Assembly (NCBI GenBank): GCA_030704615.1
Contig: CM060733.1
Coordinates: 47,368,001-47,432,000, forward strand
DNA from: Takakia lepidozioides
Lineage: Eukaryota; Plantae; Bryophyta
Reading direction: 5' to 3'
Length of the DNA stretch: 64,000 bases
Shown here: piece by piece, positions 24,127-35,636 of the stretch
Position numbering within the stretch: position 1 is the first letter of the stretch
How the letters are laid out: the number at the start of each line of letters is the position of its first letter
The notes under the pieces: generated by a model
What the model saw: only the letters and a program-made list of their open reading frames with translations
Database searches by the model: none
What the model was told of the DNA's origin: nothing
Program-made: the position numbers and the translations under genes

Positions 24127-26799
24127 GAGGGAATAAGTGATATTGTTTTTGATCAGTGGCTTCACAAGGCCACATTTTGGAGTCAGGTATTTGTGGATTC
24201 AAGTACCTGTTGTACATGAAATATCCTATAGCTTTGTCATGCGCAATTCTGATACATGTTCCCATTGCAGCTGGAGAAACGCGCCATTCTTGTCCTGGAG
24301 CAGAATTTGAAGGACTTGAATATTTCGATGGTCTCACCACCACAGATGACCTTGGAGGCGTACATTAGAAAGTGGAAAGGTCTCACGTGGCGGTACTGTT
24401 TCTTCCGAGAGTTCTCCAAGGATGACAACATATTGAGGTCGAACGATTTCGACAGTCAAGTTGGAGGGGAGTGGGCGATGATGCGTGTTGTTTACATGTG
24501 TAGTGCCATATGCCTATCCAACACATTCTTTAAACTTTTGTCATGCCTCATTGAGAGAAGCTTTGTATTTCTTTTCTGCTACACAACAGTTTGGTGATGG
24601 TCGGTACCGATCATCACATCCACTGCTATGATATTCTCCAGTCAAACAGTTGTCACTGCTGATCATGTCTCTGTTTCCATCCTTAATCCTGCCTCTGTTA
24701 TCATAGGCAGACTGTTTCTGATGAATGAAGTGATGGTCAGTTCCGACCATCACATTTCCCATTTGTGCAGTCTACATAATCATAAGGATTTTCCAACCCA
24801 TGTTGCATTCTCTCTCATGTGAAAGTGATGATTGCCACCGATCATCAATTTCTTCTGCTTTCTGATATCTTGTTTTGGGGGATGGTGTTATTTTGAGCCT
24901 CCGCAGGTACACTAAATATGTGTTGATGGAAGGAAAACACTTGAGTGGAATCCCAGATTACCTGGACATGTGGTCCGATCCTGCCAACGATCCCACCATG
25001 TACACAGCTAGTATCTTGAGGGACTGGAGTCCTGCCCACTTCAGGGACTGTGGATGGTACCTTGACTGCCCTCTAGAGCACACAACATTTCAAGAGCAGC
25101 AAATGAAGTATATGAACAACCATGTGGAGATGCTGGCACCTTTGAACGACAAAGAGTACCAGAGGAACATTGCTTCATTGGCCGCCAAAGAGCCAGACGC
25201 GCAGGCAACTCCACAGAAAGGCAGGAAGGCGGGTCGAAAGGGGAAAGATCCAAAGGCTCTGGAGGTAGTAGCGAAGTCACCTGGGAAGCCTAAGGACAAA
25301 GAGAAGGAGAAGGCTAAGGGGAAGGAGAAGGCGAAGGAGAAAGAGACGGAAAAGGAGAAAGGTGAGGACAAGGAGAAAGATGAGACCGCTGGGCCTCACT
25401 GTTCAATGTCCATTCGATGCCACACCCTTCCCGTGCGGACTTGGCAGGGCAGATCAAGATTGTGAATGAGGGATGGCTGGCGATGATGGAGACTCGGAGA
25501 AAGAGTTACTCGGGGGTGCCATCACCAACTTGGGATAACATGATTTCATTTCTTAATCTGGTAAGAATCTTTCTCTTCACATGGGACTTTCGAATTTTGT
25601 GTATGCCAATGTAGATGATGGTTTCTGTTGGGACCCTCATTTCTGTTTGACTTGAAATTATACCGGTATGCTGCAGGTGAGCAATGGTCCCTCATTCGTA
25701 TGCGGTGTTCAAAAACCCTTTGCCGCTGACATGGTCATCCTTGACATCCCAGACGGCCTGCCTGTCCCCGACGTTCCTCCAAAGGGAAAGACTCCATCCT
25801 GGAACAGATTCGATGAGAACTACTGGAGTTGGGTAATCGGCTTCTGCAATAATTTCCTTTCAGATGTAGGAACGCTTTTGCTCTTCCAGTCATGTGATAA
25901 GGATAGTCGTAAGGGTCTGGCATCATACCTGAAGTCGTCTGGGTTCAAAATTCTGAGGACATGGAATTGTGTGAACATCCTGTACCTTCTGAAAGGTGGT
26001 TGCCCTGGACAGCTGGTATGGCACCGCCCTACTCTGAACTGTTTGCCAATGTCTTTTCAGTTGTTTCTGCTGGCTTGCTCTACCACCATATGTGATGATC
26101 GGCACCGATCATCACAAAAACATTCCATTGTAGTTTACATTTGCAGTCCATGTTCTGTTCTTTCCTGCGCCATATTTTTTTTCGAATTTCTATGTCTCAC
26201 TCCTACCTTGCATTTTTGCCAGACAAGGATGTTTGAGGCAATCTGCCTGAGGCGGATTCGCACTTCCAAAACACCTTCATCCGTTCGCAGCTTTGAAATT
26301 TCCGACCAGGGGTGTTTTGTCAACCCCCCATATGAACTGCATGTGGATGACATGCTGTACAATTTCATGCACTCCAGTCAGACAGCCAAAAGACCAGACG
26401 GGTTTCCGTGGAGAGGTGCAAGGGAGAGAACCCCAACGTTCATGCAGACGCTCTTGGAGTCATGCAGCCACCATTCTGCAAGGGTGGTCGACCTCACACT
26501 ATCCACAGGTTCGTTGGTTCAATACTGTTTCCATTCTGAAGGTCTTCCAGTTTGCATCCGATTTTGCATCCTCTACAATCTTCTTGAGGCTTTCTGTCTT
26601 GGCAGGTGCGACTTACCGTGCTTGCAAGGTTGGTGGGAGAAGCCTTTTTGGCATGGAGGGCGACACCGAACTATTTAAGAGTGTCCTCCTCCCTCTTGTG
26701 TCTGGCTCTACCTCTGGCACACAGACCGAACAAATTCAAATCAGAAATGATGAGGATACCGAGGATAAGCAGATCGACAACGACTTCTCATGTGAGTAA
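24127..26799 (+). CDS. Spliced protein with a C-terminal beta-class (permuted) N6-adenine/N4-cytosine DNA methyltransferase-like domain (N6_N4_Mtase fold); 5' end not found, one apparent frameshift
   Basis: Exons ~24127-24186, 24271-24437, 24907-25560 (1-nt loss at ~25385), 25677-26015, 26223-26508, 26606-26799, all GT-AG with compatible phases. Motif order: IKIVNEGW (start), ADMVILDIPDG (motif IV, cf. DLIVTDPPYG), LSDVGTLLLF (cf. LKPGGSIFI), FEAICLRR (cf. HEYILVF), ARERTPTFMQTLLESCSHHSARVVDLTLSTGATYRACKVGGRSLFGMEGD (motifs X-I-II, cf. TQKPxxLMERLIxxSSxxGDxVLDPFxGSGTTxxAAxxLGRxFIGIEID). Confidence 0.75.
24594..26116. repeat. Four copies of a 24-26 bp palindrome (GTGATGRTCGG-NN-CCGAYCATCAC) in introns of the MTase-like gene
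   Basis: Copies at 24594-24617, 24730-24753, 24825-24848 and 26091-26116. The last is a perfect 12-bp-arm inverted repeat, TGTGATGATCGG-CA-CCGATCATCACA. Confidence 0.85.
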
Positions 26800-28945
26800 G
26801 TCGTTCATGGAAATGTCATTCCAGTTTGGGTGCTTGTTCAATTTTGCATACATCAAAATTGCAGTAAGAACTTTTATCATGCTTTGATTTGCAGGAACGA
26901 CAGCGATAGATCTTCAGGAGAAACCCCCATTTGTGCTGAGACTGTTTTTGACAGTCCCCTTTCCACTTTTGTGCTTCTTGTCTATGCCGAAGCAATGGCA
27001 CTTGAAATGGCTGAGGCTCTATCCCCTGACTTCTTATTGCCCGATCGCAGGAGTAGCCATCGTAGATCCGGAGTTCTGAAATTCTTGGACTTGGATGCAG
27101 TGGACGCGGGGATACATTGTACTGACTCTGGAATCTTTAAAAAAGAAGAAGATTATGATGCCTGAAGGAAAAAGCGTAAATTATGGTGTCTCTGGACCCC
27201 AAAGGACTACTGTCTTCTAGCTTCTTTTGCATATCAAATAATTCACATGTACTAGGTATAAGTAGATAGGAGAGAGACCTACATTCTCTTGAGCCATGGT
27301 GCCAAAATGTAGGAACCTAAAAATACTTATATTTAGTTACCTTCTTCAACAGCAGGTGGTGTGAACCTGGTCTTCTTCTTGTTTTACTAAGCCTTTTCCC
27401 TGCTATATATATATATATATTTTCCTGCTCTATTTGATTGCATCTGAAGCGCTTCAGTCCGCTAACAACAAAAAATTGCACACTGTGAATTGGCCTACGG
27501 TGGGTACTGAAGGGGGAAAACTAAACCCCTTTCTGAACCATTCGGCATGGGATAGACGATGGCACACGAAGCAATAGGGGGTTGAACCCCAGGCCTGTCA
27601 AGGTTTCCTAAAATCAATAAATAAAAATTATTAATTTTTAAAAAAATAAGACCAAATAACTGAGATGGTAGAACCGCCCGGACGCACTTTGTTGGTGGGA
27701 GAAATCATCCATCCAGCTACCGCATAAGTCATCCTGTGGCGAGAGGTAGAGCAGACGCAGAACGTTGGTGCGAGAAGGCATCCATCCATCCTTAGCAGAA
27801 AACATCCGTGAATCCATCCAGCCGGCTGGCGATAAACGGGGGGGGGGGTAGGTCGGATGGCGGTTATGGCGAGGAGGGGATGGAGGGGTGGGTGAGTGCG
27901 CAGGGCTGCAACAAGAAGAAGGAAGGAAGGCCTGGACTCTGGAGGGTTTTAGGTCAAGATTGTTGTTGTGAAGATAGTGGATAGCAGATTGGTTGAGTTG
28001 TAAGAGAGCATCACAGTAAGAGAGCATCACAAGAGAGGTAAAGTGGTGGAGCAAAGGAAGGGCATGTTTGGATAAGACTGTGTTATTAGCCAGGCAAAGG
28101 AAGATAGGTGTTGGAGGCTCAGAAATACTCCGAGTTGTTTTGTGCTTTTATGTTTGGGAAGTTGTTGATCCAGAGAGGAACAACTTCCGTAATTCGATTG
28201 ATGACTTTGTAGAGCGCATCTGATGCTATGGCTGGCTTGGCTTACTTGGTCTTATCTGGTCGCCGTTATCTGTATGAGAGTGGTATGAGGAAAATCGATA
28301 AGGTAGGGAGTGGTAAGGAGATGCCGGTAATCCGTATGGTTGTGGAAAATGACGGTTAGAGCCTGCCTCAGAGGAAGTGGCCTTCTCATTCCCGACCTTT
28401 TCTATTGGTCTCGTCCCAGTGGAATTATTAGGATCAACTACTGCCCGGAGATCCGTGGAGAATGTCGATGTCCATGTTTCTTCCAGATACTCGAGATCTT
28501 TTGATGATGTGTATGCTGAGAGTACTTCCCTGGATGTTTGCAAGTTCTGATAATGGGAAACTCTCTTTTTCTGCTACCATCTTCATCAGCCCTCCTCGAT
28601 GTTCTGTCCCGATCCCTTCCATGGTTACTGGGATGGGATCTGGTTATGCTCTCTCTGGCCTGAGATCAGTTGTCTTCATGCTTTTTCCAATCTCTTTGCT
28701 TGCTAGATCCAGTCTTCAGGTTATGTGGCTAAGCATTATTCTTGTGGGAGAGCGGTGGGGCGCTGCAGAGTATGAACGTAGGATGTGCTTGTGCAGGGAT
28801 GAGGAGAGCGAGAGAGTGAGAAACAGCATCTCTGTGAGAGAGAGAGGAGAGAGAGGGGAGAGGAGAGAAGAGAGGCAGCACAATACATTGCAGGCACCCT
28901 CGTATCGAAGAGTGAGTGAAAGGATCCTATCTCTCTGTCTTTCAA

Positions 28946-31900
28946 ATGGCGCTACCCTCTGGCGATCACAATATGTCTCTTGGATCCCGAAAGCTCGTGG
29001 TACGTGGACTATCCCCTTGTTTCTACTCACGATGCTTTGCTGTTCTGTTTCCATGCGTTGAGGTTTGAAGCGATTCTTAGCACGAGCAAGAGTGTTGGAT
29101 GGAGACGTCTATTTCTGAACACTAGGTTAAAATTGGACGACCTGTCTTATCCTGTCCATATGAACTTGTTCTGCTATCCTGGTGGTATCGGTTTGAGGTG
29201 GTAGTATGCTGTAGTGTTATGTATTCCCTATTTTGTTGGATCACTATCCCTCTGTTATTTGGACTGCATTGTTGCACATAGTGAAGGGAATGCGAAGAGC
29301 AGTTACACTGCGGAGGAGGGTTTTACCCCCCTGTAATTTCCCGGTGCTTCATTTTTGCTAGAAGTTACTATCAGCAATCACTTCGTATGGTGGATCAGAA
29401 AGTGACAGCATCTGTATATTTGCCTCTGTCAGGTATTGGGTATCCCTTGGGATGTTGACACAGAAGGATTGAGGCAGTACATGCTGAAGTTTGGAGAGCT
29501 TGACGACACAATCGTTATGAAGGTGACTTGTAATCCTGGGATATTCCCCCAATTGCCCATTTTGGACTTGCTTCACGCCATGCATGTGGTTACTAGTGTA
29601 GTTCTGAAATTATGACCCTCTGTATTTGACCTGCAAATGGCTTATGGGGATTCGCAGGATCGTGCGACAGGGCGTTCACGTGGATTTGGATATGTGACAT
29701 TCTCAGCAGCTGAAGATGCTGAGGTACATATGTTAATTCAAAGGGAAGCTGCAGTGTGTTTTTGTCGACTGTATGTTATGCATTGACCCATTGTCAATTG
29801 ACCACTCAAGTGATGGGGAGGTATGATTTTTGTTGTGCGATGCCGCAGAAAGCTGTCTCAACACAACATTCACTGAATGGTCGGATGTTAGAAGTGAAGG
29901 TGGCAACACCTAAGGTATTCCTTTCCTTTTCCAGTTTAGTGTTTCAGTGGTAGTTGTGGGATTCTGTCATAGCTGCAGCATGTGTCATGTACTCTCAAGG
30001 TCAACCGCATGTTGCAGAAAGTTTGAAAAATTGTTCTAGAAAGAGCGGTGTGAGCGTGCAAACCGAATGCTCTCCAGCCAAATGTAGTTCCATTCTACTA
30101 GCTTACAAGGGTTTGCTGGGTATATGATTATGCCTCTTGAATCTTCCGCATCTATTACTTGCGATAGCAATACATGTTCGGAATATCTTCTACAAGGATT
30201 GATTAGGTATCTGTTGTCTAATTACTCCTCTAGTTTCCTTTTTAAGACCTTGCTGTAGCTGCTGTGTGGCTTGCTGAATGTGCATTTTGTTGCTATTGGA
30301 TTTTCCAGGAAGAAATGAAGCCACTGGCAACTAAGAAGATTACGCGTGTGTTTGTGGCTAGAATTCCACCCAGTGTTACTGATGATGTGTTTCGCAGGTA
30401 GATAATTCTCTCAATTCTGTGTCCTTGCCATCTCCTTTTATTCGCTTGAAGAGTGAGATTTAGGTTGACTGACGATGTAATTATATAGTATGGTGGTGGT
30501 TTATCTTTATCACCGGAAAAGCGGTTGCATGGTTGCAAATGCTTGTGGCATTTTATTTGCTTACTAGGTAGATCTGGCAGTCTTCATCTTCACAACTAAT
30601 GTGTTGTTGTGTGGTGTGAGTGTAGCTATTTCGAAAAGTATGGGACCTTGACCGATGCTTACATGCCTAAGGTAAAGTGGTAACCTAAGTAGCGGCCTGT
30701 TCTTCTTTTGACTGTCTGCACTGAAACAACTGTGTGCATCAGGTTTCTGCTGTACTTAGCAATCCAAGTTATCTGTTGGGCCTCCTGGTCTCTATTTTTG
30801 CAGGATCTAGGATCAAAGGCACATCGCGGCATTGGCTTTGTCACTTACGAGCATCCAGGTACTAACCCACCTGTACAGTTGGTGCTTTTCCCAGTCTGAG
30901 GGCTGAAAGTAGGAAAATGAAGCTAAATGGGCAAGAAGGCTTTCGAGAGCTCAAATTCATCTCTTATATATCATCAAACTATTATATATCATCAACCTCA
31001 ACTGCAGTTGGAAGCGCATTGTAGGGCTACTCTTTGTCACTGGCACCTGGTCAAATTTGTCTGTTCTAGAGGGCTATTTCAATATAACCAATAGCAGCAC
31101 TTGGTATGGTTGTGGTTTGTGTTTTTCTTTTGCAGAGTCTGTGGACAGGCTAATGTCCGAGTCACATGAACTCGGTGGTTCAACAATAGCTGTGGATCGA
31201 GCTACTCCAAAGGTGAGTTATTCATCTTGCCAGCTGCTATGAAATCTTACGAGTTTGATCATTGTGATGTCAAAACACTCACCTTTTATTGTGAGGGGTC
31301 AGCATGCGAATTCACTCCTAGAACTCACTCACTTGTTGACATGTCTTCTTGTTGTCATGGTTTAGGAGGATGGGGTAAAGCTATGGGGAAGAGGCTTCCC
31401 AGGCCCTTATGGAGCATATGGTGTGTACACAAATGCAGCGCGGTTTGGAGGGTTTGGGGGTGCATTTGGTGCCTATGACTATGCAGCTGCTGGACTTGGT
31501 GGAGAATTAGGACCTACTGCTGGCATGGGCAATGCTTTTGGGGCGGCTCAAGCATGGCCTCCACCCCCTCCTCCTGGGACTGGATTTGGTGCGCCTGGGA
31601 TGGGAGTTCCAGGGAGCACACAGGCAGGCAGCTATGGCGTCAGTGCTCCACCAGCGCCACCGTTAAGAGGGCTAGGGACAAAAATATTTGTGGGTCGACT
31701 CCCTCCTGAAGCAACAGCTGAGGACTTGCGGCGCTACTTCAATAACTTCGGGCGCATTCTGGATGTCTATGTCCCAAAGGTGGGTGGTCCTTTGTCCAAC
31801 ATTGATGTGTGTGTTCCCTTTACAGCTGAGATAGACAGAATACTTCAGAAGATTCAGTTCTTCCATACCTTCAGCATGATTCTAACAGGTGCTGTGGCTC

Positions 31901-32654
31901 CTTTGTTTTATCTCAAGCAGGATGCAAAAAAGACATCACATAGAGGTTTCGGGTTTGTGACTTTTTCTGATGAAGGTGCTGCAGAACGGGTTGCTCTTAG
32001 AACTCACGAGATTCTTGGGCATCAGGTATTCTTTGATCATACAAGGATCAAGTTGGCTTTTGTGCAGGTTTTACTGCTGAAGCTGTTTTTACATATTTAC
32101 TTATTTTATGTCCCACTTGATATCACTTCGTGAGGTTGTGTCAGGGTAGCAGGGTGGTATGGACCTTCACAAGTTTCAACTTCCATCTGTACTTTTGACT
32201 AATTTACTACTGTTTGCAGATTGCTGTGGACAGAGCTGCACCTCAGGATGAGATGGCCAATGTTGCCTACCTAAATCAAATGGGCACAGGAGCACCTGGG
32301 GGTGGAGCTGGAGGTCCATTGAGGGGAAACAATGCACCTGTACCTGGAGGTGGCTATGGAGGTTTACCGGGCAATTTGGATTTCAATAGTGGGGTAAGTG
32401 ATTGCTGCAGTGCCCTTTATTTTCTGGTGGGTGGCATCCTTATGTACTGCACATTTCTTTGTAGGGGGATGCAGTGGAGTTGATGGATGTGATCTTTTGT
32501 GTGTAAGAGCGTACAGATTGTGTGGGATGCCTTTTGACAGTGTTCTTCCTTGCAGTGGGCCTATGGTGGGGTGGGTCCAATTCCAACAGGTGATGGAGGT
32601 GTTCCAGGTGGGCACCGGGCTTCCAGGATAGAACCGCGCTACAGACCATACTAG
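28946..32654 (+). CDS. RNA-binding protein with three RRMs (At4g36960-like hnRNP/Musashi-type), ~12 exons
   Basis: MALPSGDHNMSLGSRKLV|VLGIPWDVDTEGLRQYM...GRSRGFGYVTF; RVFVARIP...HRGIGFVTY; KIFVGRLP...HRGFGFVTF; Gly-rich linkers; C-terminal RYRPY* (PY-NLS-like). Confidence 0.92.
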
Positions 32655-33835
32655 GCAGGCTTTTCCTCTGATGCTCATAAATGCCAGCTGTAATGACTTA
32701 GTGGGAGAACTTGGGGTGTACCAGCTGAGGTTGTGAAACGTCTTAAGTAGAGAGTTAGGTAGTTGGCAGTAATATCAGCATGTTATGGTGGAAGAAAGGG
32801 TGTGTGTGTTGGCAACAAAGTTGCCAAATTACTCTTTGCTTGTCTGTTATCCTTGAACTGCTACTTAGGGTAGGCACAGAAGAAATTGTTGAGTTCGTCT
32901 CCCCATTGTAGCTACTGTATTGCGTCTTTAAACATGTGTGGGTGAACAATCTCGTGACCTTCTCTAGGCTGGCAAGGCTATATTCAGACAAGACAATGCA
33001 TGCTTCAGCTAAATGCCCTCTCTTTAATTTTTGCATTTTTTTTGGTTTGTGTTGCTCCTGTTTTGTTCCATCCTTTAATCATGTACGGGAAGATGTTTTT
33101 GTGGTGTACAGGCATGAGGAACTTTGAACACATTATTCTTGCCTCCTGGTTTTGCACATTTGAGAGAGCTGTTGTTTATTGTTAGGACTATGTCGTTTTC
33201 TGTTGTGGGTGGTTTGACTGCCTGGGACTGCAATATGCTGATGCACCACATGTACCTTATCATGCACTAATAACTTTCATGAAGGCTATCCTCCTTTCTT
33301 TCTCATGCACCATCTTTAACAGGAGGCAGCAATGACCCTTGGGTAGGCCGATGAGGTATCAGCCGGCCGTCAACTTTGACAGATCTGACATCTGAACAAA
33401 AGTATTTGGGTGGCATTCAACAATCCCAAAGAAGGGGGTGGGGAGCTGCTTCTTCTGGTAGTGTTTATGGCTCTGTTGGAATGTGATACCTACTGGCCCT
33501 TCCAAATTAGTCACAGGATATGTGCTGGAAAGTCCCCCCCATTAAGAGAAATTTACATTGTATACTGTCGGTGCCCCCCTCTCTATCTCTCTCTCTCTCT
33601 CTCTCTCGCTTGGACAGTGCATGAACATTCGAGGGGTGAATACCCTGGATGAGTTTGTCATGGACCATCAATGTGTTCTTAAAGATTTTTGGATGCTGAT
33701 ATTGTTAGCTTAGCCTGCAGCTACTACGTGGTGATCGAGGTTTATGGATGCACATTAATTGATCCACATTCTAGTTTGTTTATGTGATGGGCGCTGTGTT
33801 ATTTTCTTGCAATGTTACATATGGGACCACTGCAG

Positions 33836-34341
33836 TGCTATGTATGTTTCATGATGTTTCATGCAGTGGAGGGACTATCCATTCAGTGCCTTCCCAGAGA
33901 TTGGGGGTGGGCATGGTTGTTTGTTTTCGTTGTTCAAAATGAGCTACTTTCACAATGTTGCATAAGTAAGAACTTCCGTCATTCTCGTTGGTTTGGGAAC
34001 ACACTTCACCCCCAATGCAACCTTGTGTCTTCCAACGTACGGCCATGTGGGACTTTGTCCTCCTACAATATGTAGGAGTGGTTGCTCATGCTATGTATGT
34101 TTCATGATGTTTCATGTAGTGGAGGGACTATCCATTCAGTGCCTTCCCAGAGATTGGGGGTGGGCATGGTTCTTTGTTTTCGTTGTTCAAAATGAGCTAC
34201 TTTCACAATGTTGCATAAGTAATAACTTCCGTCATTCTCGTTGGTTTGGGAACACACTTCACCCCCAATGCAACCTTGTGTCTTCCAACGTACGGCCATG
34301 TGGGACTTTGTCCTCCTACAATATGTAGGAGTGGTTGCTCA
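33836..34341. repeat. Tandem duplication, 2 x 253 bp, near-identical
   Basis: Unit TGCTATGTATGTTTCATGATG...GGAGTGGTTGCTCA repeats at a 253-bp offset with about 3 substitutions. Confidence 0.95.
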
Positions 34342-34716
34342 CACAAATGTTCCAGGATGTGAGCACCAGGGTTTGAGATGTTGACCACATGAAGAGGTTA
34401 GAGCCTCCATATTGGAATCTGTCTATAAGATCTTGCTGCATCAGCATTTACTTATCCAGAATGAAAAGCTGTTTGAAAATTCTTATTAGCGAAGTTTCTT
34501 TGATAATAGTAAGCCCATGTTGTCGGGACGATTATCATGGTCGCTTGCTTGCGCACATTCTATGTTATGTAACATTCACGCATTGCCAGCTTGACATCCT
34601 CACCGAATAACCCTCTTCCAGCCTAGAAGCGTCCGCTTATGCGAAGCTTGTACTAATAATATTCGTGCGTAATCTCACCCCCACTTCGATTAGCCTCATT
34701 ATTTGCGCATGCATTA

Positions 34717-34998
34717 GAGTTATCCGTAAAGGGTCCCAAACTGGGCATGAGAACCTTGAGTTTGGCCAAAACCGGCCATGAGACTCAAAAGTCAGGACGT
34801 GAGGATACCACTAGAAAAAAACACGGGACCAAACTGCCCTAGGGAAGTGGTCGTGGCAGGAGTTTGGACCCGAGTTTTGTTACTCAGGCGGAGGCAGTTG
34901 GAGCTCATGAGCAGCTGTTGCCCTCCATCCCCAGTTTTTGATTTGGTGCCCTCCTTTCTGACTTTATGCCCAGTTTTATGAACTTTGCGGATTTACTC
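34717..34998. mobile_element. Candidate Mutator-type MITE relic in the GIP1 promoter
   Basis: Imperfect ~35 bp inverted ends: GAGTTATCCGTAAAGGGTCCCAAACTGGGCAT versus the reverse complement of the right end, GAGTAAATCCGCAAAGTTCATAAAACTGGGCAT. No clear TSD. Confidence 0.4.
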
Positions 34999-35636
34999 AA
35001 ACCGAGGATGAAATGAGAAACTGGGGTCCAAACTGCGTACATACCAAACTCAGGCTCAGATAACTCGTCGCATAAAATATTTCTGCTATCAGTTGCTAAT
35101 GGTCGATTAATCGTTGAATAGTCCTACAATTCATTTGCTCGAGGATTCGGTCGCTTGATAGCACCTCTCAAAAATTAAAAATCAAGGCAAGGAAACCCTT
35201 TGTCACAACTTTTCCGTGCTTCTCAAACTACCAAATGTGGCTTAAATGTAGAGAGGAAAATTGTACGGTAAAGCTGGGCGGACGGGGATTTGAACACGGG
35301 AGTGGGAGGTGGGAGGCAGAGTCGAGAAGAGAGAAGAAGGCGGCAGGGCTGGCAATCTTATCTGGCTTGCTTAGGGTTTGCTGTCTGTTCCTCTTCTGCT
35401 TCGTCGCTGCCTCCATACCTTCCTGCACTGCGTCTCTCTCTCTTCTCTTTGCTGTGCCGCGTCTGTTGCTGTCTGTGTGCCTGCGTGCGTGTGCGGGGAG
35501 AGAAGGAGCCGGTGGTTGGAGAGGATAGAAGGGACAGGCCATGCTGTAGCTCGGGAAGACGGAACCCTCGACCCTCACCTCGTCCTGTAGGGGAGGATCT
35601 AGAAGAGAGAGGGAGGAGCGGGCCGAGCATCCAACT

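Noticed and set aside
28462-29061. 199-aa ORF and other long antisense or low-complexity ORFs (e.g. 3180-3863, 9303-9869, 55519-56136)
   Set aside because: Shadows of real genes or of GA-rich promoter DNA; no motifs.
27661-29372. Possible solo LTR (TGAGA...TATCA)
   Set aside because: No matching TSD, and the right half contains the 5' UTR, exon 1 and intron 1 of the RRM gene.
34809-34826. CACTAGAAAAAAACACGG resembling a CACTA TIR
   Set aside because: No partner TIR or subterminal array; it lies inside the MITE-like sequence and is probably chance.
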